The notes under the pieces were generated by a model, which was not told where the DNA came from, did no database searches, and worked only from the letters and a program-made list of their open reading frames with translations. Below are positions 48,832 through 62,100 of a stretch of DNA of 64,000 nt, piece after piece (the first letter of the stretch is position 1; every line of letters starts with the position of its first letter). The position numbers and the translations under genes were made by a program. Source of the stretch: Lepidodermella squamata (lineage: Eukaryota; Animalia; Gastrotricha); assembly GCA_047495785.1 (NCBI GenBank), contig JBLDXI010000028.1, positions 496,001 through 560,000 on the forward strand, written 5' to 3'.

Positions 48832-49847
48832 ATTCAACGTTTATCATGATTAACGATGATTATACACAACATTTTTAATAGTTATCTAGAAATAAACACG
48901 TTCAATTTAATTGTAAGCTTCAACGAATAGAGTAGATTCCTGAGTCATTATTGGATTATCCGTTATCATTTGAAGTATATTCCTTGACGGTGACTTATAG
49001 TGCAAAGTCCATATATGGATTCCTCAGTTCATCAACGTATCGCTACCACCCACGCGCATGCCATGTTTATAGTTGTTTATCACCTGCTAGTTTACAAATG
49101 ACAAAATATCGAATAATTGCCTCCTTAACTTCAACTAGTCGATGTGGTTAACGACTCGAGATGTTCGCGAGTATAAGTATTCCATAAGTGGGGACTGATG
49201 GACAGATGCCGGAAGTGACTTGGAAGACCCCCACTTTTCCTGGAAAATGAATTCTCAAGTCAGAATCTTACGCAAAATAAACCATTTGAATTGAATCCGG
49301 TTACATCTGGTCAGACATATTTCAGGAGTCTGGGTTTGTGGCTCAAGAAGGGACAATTTTTTGGTGAAGGGTCAACGTTTTTTTGAACTTTTTTTTAAAA
49401 TAAAAATAACATTCCGGGCGCGCCGCGAATTTTGCGTCATAGTTTTTGAACGGTAATTATTGGGAAACAATAAAACATTTAAAAAAAATAGATTGAACTT
49501 TTTTGATTGTTTTGTGGAATAATATTCATAAAAATGCCCGCGTGAATTGGGTTTCATAGAGGGTAGCTGGGATATGAGGGTCTTTTTCAGCGGGTTACGT
49601 CTGCCTTCGTGCCTCCGCCTTCCTCCCTCCGCAGCCTCCCGCCTCCCGCTTATGCACGGCTATTAGCCAATAGCCAACTATTTAGACCCTGAATCCTAGC
49701 ATTTCCTAGATCCTAGAATTTTCGGGGCATTCTTAATCTTAAACTTATTACATTATACCTAGAGCGACGCTTTTTATTTTTATCTTGATTGTCTTTATAG
49801 ATTGTGGGTTTTCTAGATTTTACGCTCTATGAAAAGAAGCTTTCAAG

Positions 49848-51122
49848 ATGGTTTCGAGCGATTTAGTAAAGCGAGTGATCATGGGCTCTATCGCCATCAT
49901 CAGCACCATCTTCCTGCTGGTCATCCTGCCGATGTTTGCCATATTTACTTCCGCTGTTTTTCGCATAATATCGATAATGCTCAACAACCCGCGTATCTTT
50001 GAAGTTGTCGACGATCATATTCTCGACTTTTGCGAGCGTCTTATTGTATTTTGCTGCGAAACTGTTTGTCCCCATGAAATTGTCCTTCACGGTCACACTA
50101 AAGCGCTTGACTTCTTAGCGGAACGTAATTCGGACAGAGTTATCTACATTTCAAACCACACAGCTGCCGCAGATTGGATCATTGTTGAGTTTCTAGCATT
50201 ACGTGCGAAAGCTCTTGCCAGTTTACGATTCGTGATGAAGAATTCGTTGCGCTACTTTCCTCTCTACGGCTGGTTCTTGCGTCAACGCAATTGTATTTAC
50301 GTAAAGAGAGGTGGTGGCGAGGTTGAGTCAGTTCGGAAGCAGGTTAGCCGCTTGGGACCAGGCGGCATTTTCCGACCAGGGTCTTGGCTAGTTATTTTCC
50401 CGGAAGGCACTCGCATTCGGGATCCTGTTACTCATCCTAAATTGTTGGCTACTAATCGAAAATATGCAGCAAGTAAAGAATTGGATACTTACGAATACCT
50501 ACTTACACCCAAGCACCGTGGTGTCGCTTTATGCATCGAAGGACTTATGGGCAGTGACGCCTCATCAAAAGACGGCTGCTGGCTGCTAAATGCAACAGTA
50601 TTATACGAACCGGCGGGTGATAGTCGTTCCTGGAAGTGGGAGACGTGCAATTCAACGGATAACCCGATTAAACGACCGAGTGCTACCTCAATTTTTCAGT
50701 TGCTAACCGGCGGCGCTGCTCGTATTCACGTTCACCTAGATCTGATTTCATTGAGTGATAAGTACCCGAATGATAGGCCGAATTCTTACCACGTTAACGT
50801 TCCACCTCGTGATGATGCTGGTTTCTCGAAATGGCTCGCTGAGTTGTACGCGGAAAAAGATGCATTGCTAAACAAAGTCTTCTCTAGTCTCTGGGCGTCA
50901 GCGCAGAAAAATCAGCGCCCTGTTGTTAACTTCGGTGCTCAGCAGCGTGTTTTACCGCGGCCATTGGCTGACACGCTGCCTCACGCCCTGATTGCCTTCG
51001 CCTTCTTGTTTGTCTATTTTTCAAAAGTCACGTTTACGTTTTTCATGTTTCAATACCTTGGCGAATCTTTTATTGGATTGATTTTACTCGCGATTTTGGC
51101 CGACGAGTCAGCATTTTGGTGA
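49848..51122 (+). CDS. AGPAT5: 1-acylglycerol-3-phosphate acyltransferase epsilon-like, intronless, 424 aa
   Basis: Motif I NHTAAADW, LRFVMKNSLRYFPLYGW..IYVKR, motif III LVIFPEGTR and LTPK..G. N- and C-terminal TM segments. Confidence 0.85.
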   Translation: MVSSDLVKRVIMGSIAIISTIFLLVILPMFAIFTSAVFRIISIMLNNPRIFEVVDDHILDFCERLIVFCCETVCPHEIVLHGHTKALDFLAERNSDRVIYISNHTAAADWIIVEFLALRAKALASLRFVMKNSLRYFPLYGWFLRQRNCIYVKRGGGEVESVRKQVSRLGPGGIFRPGSWLVIFPEGTRIRDPVTHPKLLATNRKYAASKELDTYEYLLTPKHRGVALCIEGLMGSDASSKDGCWLLNATVLYEPAGDSRSWKWETCNSTDNPIKRPSATSIFQLLTGGAARIHVHLDLISLSDKYPNDRPNSYHVNVPPRDDAGFSKWLAELYAEKDALLNKVFSSLWASAQKNQRPVVNFGAQQRVLPRPLADTLPHALIAFAFLFVYFSKVTFTFFMFQYLGESFIGLILLAILADESAFW

Positions 51123-51379
51123 TCGAATACGTCAGCATTATTAGTGTTCAACGTTACAATTTCGGTTCTACTATTATTACAACTATCAATATCAAATTCT
51201 AGAAGACATATTCTTTCCTTCGTTTTTCTACTCAGACGTTCATTTTTTTCCTCGTCTTGTCTGTGAAAGAGTGCCATTCAAATGTAGAAAAAGTCACGTG
51301 AAAAATCGATAATAAATAAATATTGTTTTTGTTTTACTTATCACGGTTTTCAATTACGTTTAGATTTTTACTACGAATA

Positions 51380-51478
51380 ATGTGGTCGTTTTGGGAGGCG
51401 TTGGACGTCATCATCGTTTCAGCGATGTTTGCGGTTGGATTCTACGTTGTGTATCTCGAGGCGACGAAGCCGCAATGA
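51380..51478 (+). CDS. Candidate 32-aa single-pass membrane micropeptide MWSFWEALDVIIVSAMFAVGFYVVYLEATKPQ
   Basis: ATG-to-TGA ORF that coincides with a GC-richer island in AT-rich DNA. It has one hydrophobic helix and a tttag acceptor-like site 16 nt upstream. It is below the ORF-track cutoff. Confidence 0.45.
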   Translation: MWSFWEALDVIIVSAMFAVGFYVVYLEATKPQ

Positions 51479-52133
51479 TTTCGGAAAATAGGAGAAAATA
51501 TGCAATTTTATCTACTTCTTCAACCAAGTGCTGCTAAAACTTTCAACACTCACGCAATTCCATTTCTGCAAATGAACGTTCTCGTTTTTTCCAACTAATT
51601 AAAGATTATTATATGATGAATTAAATTCATAACAATACGGTTGTTATAAAAGACAGAGCTGAGAAGAAATGTTTATCTGGTGAAGCGTGCACAATTTCAG
51701 TGTTTTTTCTTTTTGAAAAATGTTAATTATTCTACTAACGTAAAGAATTTAAATGCTCTCGGAAAATTATAGTGCTGCAATTTAATATTATTAAATCCTA
51801 TTTATGACAATTTATACAGTTTACAACTTTGATAAGAGAGAAACATCGACCTTGACCAGGAAAAATATCAAAAATCGCCCTGAGAACGCGTGAAAAAAAT
51901 TATTCACTGGTTTGAAAAATGAAGCGAATCGAAATAATGAATTTCGTGACAAAGATCACCCGGGACTAATTTTATTAACGAAATTTCTGGTTTCTTGATC
52001 CACTTGAAGATCTTCGTGAATTTTTGATAATTTTTCTGGTTTTGAAGTTCTCTCGAAAATTAAACCTGCGTGATAAAGCGAATCTCATTATTTTTTAAAT
52101 TTGTTAGTGTTTTTATAATATTTATTTTTCGAA

Positions 52134-54512
52134 ATGGCTTCTGCGAAAAAGAAGCAAGACGAGAAGAATTTGCAGCTGCTCAAATCGCTAGTAGCCCTGT
52201 CGTTCAACAAGCAGTGCTTCGATTGCAGCCAGAAAGGCCCGACCTACGTCGATCTCACAATCGGCTCATTCATATGCATGAGCTGCAGCGGCATCCTACG
52301 CGGCCTCAACCCGCCCCACCGCGTTAAATCCATCACAATGTCAACATTCACCGATGACGAGATTGAATTCATCAAATCACGCGGCAATTTCTTCTGCCGC
52401 GAAGTCTGGCTCGGCAATTTCGGGTCGGACAACGCGGCGCCTACCGTTGATTTGCATAACGACCAGAATAAAAAAGACTACCTTTGCACGAAGTACGAGA
52501 GGCGGCGGTGGTACATTGAACCGTCGCCTGGGTTGTTTCAGGAGGCGAAAATTATGACTGACACGGGCCTGGCAGAGCTAGAACAGGCGAATCAGCCGGT
52601 GGCGCGGCCTGGGCGCAGTTATTCCGGGTCGGTCCCGGTTGCCCCGACTGCGCTAGGCCTTGCGAGTAATTTGCACGCGAATGGCACACAGTCAGCGACA
52701 AAAATGATTGGCCAGTTGCCGATGCCGTCGTCCGACGCGGTTGCGAGACCAGTTTCGCCGCTTCAAACGCCTTTTCAACAAATTGCAGCTCCAGCGCATC
52801 ATACACATCACACACAGCCTCAACAACCTCAACAGGTACGAATTTCTTGTAGCATTTCGGTCGTTCCGCAATTCATTCGAACGAAGACCCAACCCAAAAA
52901 TTCAAATCATCGTGAAACTTATTTTTCGGATAGAGCTCGAAAACGAAAAATTTAGGGGGTTTAGCAATCGCTGACCTATAACATTCAAAAACGAAAATCA
53001 CTGCAAAATCATAGCACCGTTGCTAAGGAGCGGAATCACCTTACCTGGTCATTTTTATCTGACCAGTCTTTTACCATAGTAAAACTCCATATTGCGAGCT
53101 CGTAGGACTCTTGTCTTGCCGAGAAAAGTCGCTATGTGGGGATTTTGTATCCCCAAATTACGAAAAATTGAAAAAAACGCGAAGATTTTTGACCATTCCA
53201 TGGCGTGTTTTGGCAAATCAAATGTAAAAAAACAGCCAATGATTAACACCTTTCACCATGGATCTTCTAAGCAAAATAAGAAATGACAGGATAGGTGTAT
53301 TTCAATTTAGGGACCCGCTAAAATTAATTATGAAATGCCTGATTTTGACTTCCCACTTTCATAACGTCAGCAATTTGTAATTCGAAGATTGCCATTTCTT
53401 AAGACGAAATTTTGATTGAAAATTTGAGAAAATTGAAATTAATTTATTTCTGATTTGTTTAGCCCGCGCAGTCTTCGCAGCAGCAAATAATATCGCTATT
53501 CGACGACGATTTAGAAACAGCGCTTCGAAAGCAGCAAATTCAACAGCAGCAACAACCAGCCCCAGCCGCTTTCTCACCCCCAATCGCCCAACAGCATCAA
53601 CCACCTGTTGAATCGAAACCGCAAACATCCTTCCCAGTCAATTTCTCCTCCATGGAGCCGACCCCTTTCACAAAAGCTGCCCAGTTACAGCAGCAGCAGC
53701 AACAACAACAACAACAACAACAAAATCATCACCACCAAGCAGCACCCCAACAACACCAACAACAACAGCAACACCAGCAACCTCCGAATCAGTTTTCACC
53801 CGGCCAACAAAATTCGGCGAATTTCGGCGGTTTCGCAGATTTTGACTCGGCATTTGGGAAAAGCGATGCCTTCAAGCCGCAAGCCGCACCTGTAATAGTC
53901 GCCCCGCCACCCGATCGGTACAAAGCCCTCGAAGAACTCGACGACCTGTTGACACTTACCGGGTCGACAGGCGTCGTATCAAGCGGCATCGATTGGGGCG
54001 CGGCTGCTCTTCGCGACCAAAAACCGGTTCAGCAGCAGGCGAGAATGCCGAGCTCACATCCTCAAACCGCGTTTTCGTCGAACGGCCACGGATTCACGGC
54101 TAATTTCTCGACGACGGGCGGTCTCGGCGCGGACCCTTTCAATACGTCGTCGACCTTTGCCGCGGCTGGAATGCCGCCTGCTTACTCTCCGGCCGCGCCT
54201 TATGGCCACGCGATACCCCAGCCGCAATTTCCAACCGCACAGCAACAACAACAACAGCAGCAGCATTTCGGCGGTTTCGGCGCGTTTCCACCGCAACAAC
54301 AGCAGCAGCAGCAATTTCCAGCGGCCTTCCCGCCGCATTCCGCCAGCAATCCGTTTTTATCGGCCGCGGCTGGGTTCGGCCAGCCGGCGATTCCGCCGTC
54401 CTTTTCGACTTCGAACGGCTTCGGAGCGCCGCCTGCGAACGGTTTTGGCGTGGCTGCCCAGCCGCAGATTCGGCCGTCGATTTCGGCGAATAATCCGTTT
54501 TTATTCAATTGA
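52134..54512 (+). CDS. AGFG1: ArfGAP with FG repeats (AGFG1/Hrb/drongo-like), ~583 aa; exons 52134-52835, 53463-54512
   Basis: NKQCFDCSQKGPTYVDLTIGSFICMSCSGILRGLNPPHRVKSITM ArfGAP zinc finger. FADF, DRY.AL..LD, FG repeats, NPF motifs including terminal NNPFL, and polyQ tracts. Confidence 0.95.
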
Positions 54513-55772
54513 GGCATTCAACGCATTGTTTTACTGTAGTCATGCATTTCTAGAAACAAAAACCTAACACTACACATTCTTGCGGTCAAGTGCAAATCTT
54601 TAGGATACAACACGCTGAAGCTGGTGAGGAGGAAATAATGGCTGAAAACAGCCGAAAAATTGATGAAATGGAACGTATTATTGGACATTTTAAGCCTTAT
54701 TATCACCTAGAAATTGAAATCAGGTCGGAAGTTTCGATTTTAATGTGACGGAGCTTTTTTGATCGATAGGTATCAAATTCGAAATGAAAAATTTCGGCAG
54801 TATTTTATGAAAGATTTATTTTTTCGGAATTTCTTCCGAAGTGTCAGATTTTTCTGGCGCTTTCGCCTTTATTTCCTCTTCCTGTAAAAGCACGCCTTAA
54901 GCTTGCAGCCATTTTCTCACCTAATTTTCATCACCATAGCCTAGAAATGCGCAAAATAACGTATTGTGGCGTCTTATCTGACTTGAAAAGCTAATAACGG
55001 AGAGCGAAAAATATTTGCACTGAATAATTGAGCTAGTGTTATCACTGTTTTTCTACGAAAAAATAATTGCCTGTATTTTGTTCGAAAATTACCTGAATTC
55101 AAATGAGCACCATCAATCCAGTTTCGTTGAAATTTTGAATTTCAACGTCGAAAATGATAACAATAATAATAATAAATGAAGTTGTGCTGTTCTTCCTGAG
55201 AATAAATATCGATTTAAGAATCGAAATGTTTCATGCTCAAATGATAGATTCCTTAAAGCACTTAACTGATTGCCAGCCTATTACTTGATAAAATGAAATT
55301 GATTTTTTTCCATTTCGTCCTTTTTCTACTGCGGATTTTTTAATGGATAACAAAAAATGTGGTGATGCGTGTTATGTAACCTGGTCTTGTTTACCTTCTG
55401 GTTTTCGAAACCCGACCTTATTCTAAAAATAATCATTATTATTATTACTATGATAATTATTGAAAGCCAAACTATCCGGTCTACTCGTTGTTGTTCTCTC
55501 TCGTTTCGTTTTCAAACTTTTTCCTCTAGAAATCTTTGCTCCGTAAATTACCGAAAAAATACCCGACGCTTGTAGAGCGAAGTTTGTTGCTTCAAAAATA
55601 TTCTTGTATATATTATTGCTACTATATTACCTGCGGAGAGATAAAGGGGATGAGTGCGCTTATCATATATTAAAATTATTAAAATATTTCGAGAGAAATT
55701 TCAGCATGCACAATGCTAGTAAAATTGATAACTGCAATTATATTTCATTTTATTTTAGATTTTTTAATTTTA

Positions 55773-58700
55773 ATGAATTCTGAGACGGTAGTTCGAAATT
55801 TTGTGGCGAGTTTGCGGCCTGATGCCCAGGAACCTTTTGAGACAGTGAAAATCTGCTTTCAAATGTTGGCGCATTTGCCGGCATGCCGACGCGCCGTTCT
55901 AGAACACATGGCTAGCATTTTTTTGCACAGCCGCCAGGAAATTGTGTTGTCAAAAGAGCGCGAGGATCAGCTGATGCGAATCGTTGGCGAGTTGAGCCTG
56001 AAAGACTGGTCGCATGTTCTGGGCGATTGGTGTTGCCACGTGCTGGGCAGGTCGCGGTATGAATCGGCGAACACGGCTTTCGTTGAAAAACTGCTCGTTG
56101 CTTGCTATAAAGCTGGCCTAGAATCTCAGGTGAATATTTTCCCTCAATATAGAATTTTCAAAAATCGATCGATAAATCAGAAATCATTCGAAAAATGTCC
56201 AGCCGCAGAAAATTCTTGATAGGAATAAAATTGGAAATATAAACATCTCGGCAATATTTTAAGCTGGATTTATGGCTAAAATTATCGATAAAAATCGGAA
56301 AAATTTGAAAATTTGACGGTGAAAATGTTGAATTTGTCAAATTCGAAGTCGAACCCAATTTTGCATTTTTAGCCAATTTCAATTTTTTAATTTTTCTTTA
56401 GCCCAAAGTCAGTCTGGACTGGCTATATCCAACGCTGTTGAACGTGCCTTTCGCATCTCGCAACATTTTCTCGGACCTACTGCGCCGTTTCGTCGCCAAT
56501 TTCTCGCAGCATTTCGTCGCTGGGCTCGTGCGATTCGCCCTCTCGATCTACCGCCAACAGGGCCAAGTCAACGCATTCGCAATCGGGCATACCTTAGACC
56601 ACTTGGGCCACGGATTCCCGAGCGAGCTGCAGCGAATTGTCGACGAGTTGCTGTCGACTGACCAATTTTCGATTCAGCTACTCGTCGACGTGGCGCAGAC
56701 CTATCCGCAGATTTGCGCCGTTTTTCAAGCCCGACTTGCGTTTCGAGTCGCCTCTGGCGCCGATTTGCGGGACATTGCGGCGCTGTTCAACCAGCCGCCC
56801 GGGCCGAAGCCGAATCTGCTGAAACGGTGCTTGGTAACGCGGCCGGGCAGCATCGCCCCGGCGGCGTGGTCGCAGCTGTTTCGAGCCGCTGTTTCGGCCT
56901 ATTGCGGCCAATCGCTCAACATTTCGACGCAAATGTTTGCAAGGTGAGGCGGGTTTTCTTGATTAAATTCAGCTTAAAACGCTTAAAACTGATGAATCTA
57001 ATTGAATCCTTTTTAATGGGTATTTCTAAGAGGAAGGGGTTCTTAAGTGTCCCATAGATTTATTCAGTTGTTTTCAAAGTTGACAAATTTTTACCTATGA
57101 AATTTTCATTTTATTCTCGCCTTTTTCCAAGATTTTCAAACATTGCGTCAAGCCAAGCTTGGTTGATGATAAAAGCCTCTGAAGTGTCCTAAAAAGGTCC
57201 GGTTGGGTCCAATAGTGGTGGAAGTCGAGGGTCCGAAATAATTTATTTATAATTCTATTCTTTCTGCGAACATATTAAGATTTCGTTTTCCTTTTAGGTG
57301 CTTTTTGGAAGAATTGGCTGCGCTGAATACTACCGAACAAGGTCTCTCAACCCTACTGATCGGCGTCTCGAATCAAGAGGCCGCTTTCCTACTCGAACAA
57401 GCGCTGACAGCCAGCTCAAACCGCAGTTTGGACTTCAAATTGCTGTCGCTACTCACTGTAACCTGCCTGAGCAACATCGCAAAACCAGGCGAGCTGATCG
57501 CCCAGGTTCTGTTCGACGAAAAGGGCCCGTTGAAGCCGGATTCAAGCCACGAATTCGCCGCGATGTACGCCATTCTAGTGTCGACCGCGGCCAGGCAACC
57601 GCCGAGCAGCCACATTTGCCGGCAATTTGTCGAGTCGATTCTAGACCACATCAATCTGCATCGGAAAATCAGCCGAATTTGGGCGGTTAAAACGCTGCTG
57701 CAAATCGAGAAGGAGCATCACAATTTGAGCGTCGACTGCGGTTCGAAGCTTTTTTCTATCTCGCGAAATTTCACGTTGAACGATTTCGCCGGGTTGCTGT
57801 CAAATGCGAGTGACGAGCCAGATGTTATTTCACTTATTGTCGATTTGATTCGCTCGGTCGACGTGAAAGACGATTCGATAACGTACTCGGAACGGGCTGG
57901 TCTTGCGATAATTCTGCAAATTTCTGCCATGGTTCGGGACGGTTTTTGCGAGCCGAATTTCGGTCAAAATCGGGTTAGATTCGAAAAGTTAATCTATCTG
58001 CTGTATACGTATATCAATTGCTGGCACGTTCGGCAGCCGCAATCGCGGTCTGGCGTTGCGTTGCTGATGCTGGACGCCCTAGTTCGCACGGTTTTTGACA
58101 GTTCGAGCCCGATTTCGGTGGGCAAATTGGGCGGGTCGGATAAATTGGGCCTGTCTATGTTCCTGCTGGTTGTCAAAATTCTGCTGTGTCCTAATACAAA
58201 TTCTAGCCAATTGGTTCCTCCGCCTTTTGGATCAGGTAATTAACATTTGAAGTCGTTAGAACTTTGATAAACTAGTGAGGAAAATTTTAGTTAGGTGAAA
58301 ACTTGAATTAACTAAGTAATTTACGTCTAAAATATTGTGAATTCGGCAGGTTTTTTTGGTGTGGCATTTATTACTAATTTTTTGGGACATTCAATTTTGT
58401 AGCTTTATGAAAATGTTGAAATCACATTTTTTAGAATTACGTAAAAATAGGATCGCATGTTTTTTTATTCCTAATCCTCTTAAGCAACATTAAAAATTCT
58501 GAATAGATTATTTATTTTTAATTTCTGAAACTTGAAAAGTTTAGTCTGAATCTTTTAAAGTGTTAGGTGGAAAAGTAGAATTTCAAGCGAGACAATTTTA
58601 AAAAGATTGGCAACAATATCTGAATTTTCATTTTTCCGTTTTAGCCAGCATTTGGAGGCTTCCAATAGGCGCTCCCGACCAACAAGCCCTCGTTTTTCTA

Positions 58701-59342
58701 GCAAAACTGCTCGTCCAAACCATCTCACCTGACGTTATCCACGTAGTGGCTTCAAGCGGCTTCGATTGGTCCTTCGACTCGGCCATCGAAAACAGCACCC
58801 CTCTGCCAGTCGACTACCGCGAATACTGCTTGAAAATCCGCAGTCTAGTCACTACGAGCTGCCCTTTCCTACTCGATTTCCTGTCTTTCCACATCGCCCT
58901 CTGGAACTCCAGCTCCAGTCAAAATCCATCGCCCCAAAACGCGATGGTCATTCTGCTGCCGATTTTCCGCGCTTTGCTACACGCAGCCCTGTGCTGTGTA
59001 ACAGCCTCGGCGAAATCGCTCGACGACACGAACAAGCGATTTTTAGTCCGAATCCTGGCGCTGCTGCAACAGGCGAAACTCCTCGCAGCCCCGCTGTGCC
59101 ATTTGCCGTCGATTTTAACGCAAATCGAACCCAGCCAGTTGGGCGTTATCATTCGAGCGGCTTGGCCGATGCTGATCAACGTCAAAGTGCTGAACGAAGA
59201 ACCGTCTTCAAGCCCGGCGAGTCCGATAGCGTCGCCTAGCTCGGGCAATAACACGAATATTGCGCCACTGCTCACGATTCTCAAGTCGAAATTGCCGCAA
59301 TTTGCCGATATTTTGCCACTTTTCGAATCGGCGGTCAATTAA
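55773..59342 (+). CDS. INTS5: Integrator complex subunit 5-like, divergent, ~844 aa; exons 55773-56129, 56402-56943, 57298-58235, 58645-59342
   Basis: N-terminal LPACRRAVLEHMASIF resembles INTS5 LPPARAAVLDHLRGVF. Also W...LG and C-terminal ISPDV..W. Leucine-rich solenoid composition. Four exons join in frame. Confidence 0.65.
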
Positions 59343-59454
59343 ATCGTCTCTTATGTTAATAAATTTTTCTCATTTTTTAAGCCTAATTTTCAGCCATATT
59401 TTCAAGCCTTAGTTTTGTTAAGTTTTTGTATTGTTGTGGTTTTACGCTGTTGGA

Positions 59455-60705
59455 ATGAGTATTTTGGGCGAAAAACGTAAGAATCTGCTTGAATCCGAGG
59501 CCGCTGGCGAGAAGCGCCGCAGTCTCGATCCTGAAAATCCGCCCGGTTCTGGCGACGGCGACGCAGCTGCGGCTGAGCAATCGGATGACGTTCAAGTTGT
59601 TGGCCAGGAGCATGACGGGCAGGACGAGAATCAGCCGGGCGAAAACGAGCCGCCCAGTGAGTCGAGAGATGCGATGATGGCGGCGTTGAAGTCGATCCAC
59701 GACCGAGTGTTGGAAAAGCGAGAGCGCGACGGGCAAATGCTGGCTGATCTCAAGGCTCGCATGATCAAAATGGTTAGTTTAAGGGGCTTATTAACCCACC
59801 GCCTTTTGATGGTTGCCGGGCCTTGTCAACAGATATTCTCTAAAAATACTTCGATTTCAAATTTCTCATTGTATTTTGTATGTAGTTGTATTTTTCTGGA
59901 TTTTTATTTTTATTTTTCATAATAAAAGCAACCTCAAATATCCATCCTTGTGGGCTCGAACGAAGAAGCAGAAAAATGATAGACGGTAATATTCGGGTTC
60001 ACTGAATTTTCTGATTTTTTAGATGGAGAATCGATTTTCGAATATCCGCTAAATATCGGTATATGGGTATAAAGCTTAAAATAGAGCTCAGAATAGAGCT
60101 CAGAAATGCTTTGTAATGCTGACAGGCTCAAACTCCAAAAAATTGCCCCAGACCCCCGAAATGACGTAATTTAAGGTTTAAGGGACCTTTTTCGCCGACA
60201 AACCAGTTTTTTAAAATATTTGTCTCTAAAAGTCGTTTTCTCACCGAGAAATCAAAATTAATTCTCGCCACACCGAGTATGAAAAAATTCGTAAAAATTG
60301 AGTAAATTAAGGAAAAATAGGTAAAAATTGTCGAAAAAGTTATACTTGAATTTCTTCCTGTTTTCTTCAGCAATCCGGACGAAGTGCTTATGGCTTTTAA
60401 TTTAGACAAATTAGGAGAGTTGAGAAGTGAGAAAATTGAAAAATATGAGAAGGCTCTGCAACTTTTGAGAAGCTTCGCAGTGACATTTTTATTACGATAC
60501 AAGTATCTCACTCTTTCAATTTCAGGTTGACGAATTTACGGAATCGATGGCGCAGCACTTGGCCGAGACGCACAACACCTTCACTGGCAGCTTCGATTCG
60601 GCGATTCAGGAAGTTTACAGCCTCATCGAACGCATTGTCGCCCACGAACAGGACCTGACCAACTTCAAACGCGTCATGATCGGCGGCGTCCTCGAAAAGA
60701 TCTGA
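59455..60705 (+). CDS. SYCE2: Synaptonemal complex central element protein 2-like, 165 aa; exons 59455-59772, 60526-60705
   Basis: Acidic disordered N-terminus, then helical core IHDRVLEKRERDGQMLADLKARMIKM|VDEFTESM...IQEVYSLIERIVAHEQDLTNFK. This aligns without gaps to the recalled SYCE2 core pattern (R..D, V...E, QE, I..E..L). Confidence 0.7.
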
Positions 60706-60863
60706 AAGCCAATTAAAATAACGATAATTCTCGCCAAAATCTGAGCTCAAAAACTCGAGTGATTATTTCTACCTGATTATACCCTTTTTATCTCTTTCAA
60801 TTCGACTTGCATAACGGCAATTTTCCCACGTTTTTGTGTAGAGATTTATTTCGAAATTGAAAG

Positions 60864-61205
60864 ATGAACTTTCAACGTGCGACCTCACTGGTGTTGGCCC
60901 AACAGCGCCGCATGATGTCCGCGGAAGCCGGCCACGCCAACCACCACGCTGCGTCGTCGCGCCTGTGGAAAATCCTGACGTTCGTCGCGGCCGTTCCGGC
61001 GGTCGCCGTTGCGTGGTGGAACGCGGAGCAGCGCGAGCACGAGCTTCACCAGAAGCCGCGGCCCGAATTCGTGCCCTACGACCACCTGCGCATCCGCAAC
61101 AAGCCGTTCCCGTGGGGCGACGGCAACCACACGCTGTTCCACAACCCGCAGTTCAACGCACTGCCGTCTGGCTACGAAGTTGAGGATAGCCACCACCACC
61201 ACTGA
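60864..61205 (+). CDS. COX6A: Cytochrome c oxidase subunit 6A, mitochondrial, intronless, 113 aa
   Basis: Presequence, WKILTF TM helix, and [36 protein letters not shown] signature. AATAAA follows the stop immediately. Confidence 0.98.
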   Translation: MNFQRATSLVLAQQRRMMSAEAGHANHHAASSRLWKILTFVAAVPAVAVAWWNAEQREHELHQKPRPEFVPYDHLRIRNKPFPWGDGNHTLFHNPQFNALPSGYEVEDSHHHH

Positions 61206-62100
61206 ATAAAAATGATACAACATACACCGGATAATAAAAAAACATTTTAGTGAAATTGAAAACCAAAAGCAAGGCACTTACAGAAAAACCTGTGACTCCT
61301 GGAATAAGAGTAAGATACGCTTCCCCTCTGACGTTGTTTAGCCTCCACTCATTACGTAACAAATAGGGCTAGTCCGAGTTTCAAATCCTCTTCTGCGCAC
61401 GGTTTCCTCGTAATTCATGATCGATTAATTTTGCAGTTGTGTGAATACAGGCGGTAGTAATTGTATTATATCATTGAGAAATAAAATCGAGAAAAAACTG
61501 CCATTGTGTTTATCGTGTTTTTAACAACTTGAAGCTGAAAGCGTTGAACTTCAAGAAAGATTTGACATTTGACGCTGAAGAACAACACCAATGCCGGTAA
61601 TTTGTTGTCTCCTCCGATTTAGTGTAATCCAAATCGGTTTTAGGGACAGAAAAACCCCGTTCAGACCATGGTTAACCGAAGCTGGCAGCGGCTTGAAAAC
61701 CTCTTGAGTGAAGTACCTATCGTCGAATTTGCAGTGGGATCACGTTGACAGTTGACATGCCAAAAGTCGAAGGCGGTAAAAGGCTTTGGATAGCCCAAGA
61801 AAAGGCAAGCATGAGTGTGTATGTAAAGGTAAAGTTACAGGCATATAGTCTAACGTTGAAGCTTTCAGCGAAATCGTCATCTTTATTTGTCGAAGTCAAC
61901 GCCTTTCATTGAAAAGATAGTCGATCGGTTAGCGAAGCTTAGTATCAGGAATCTTGCTGATCAAAACGTGGAATCAAAAAAAATAATGTGGCTATTTCAT
62001 TCATGATCACTCGCCCAGGAAGACGGGCACGTGCCGTCAATTCAACTGCTACTAAAATTTTCGGCCTGAGCCAATTTCAAATCGAACAAGTTTGAATAAT

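Noticed and set aside
53608-54567. Overlapping poly-Asn, poly-Cys and poly-Leu ORFs
   Set aside because: They are alternative frames or the antisense of the CAG/CAA polyQ tracts in AGFG1.
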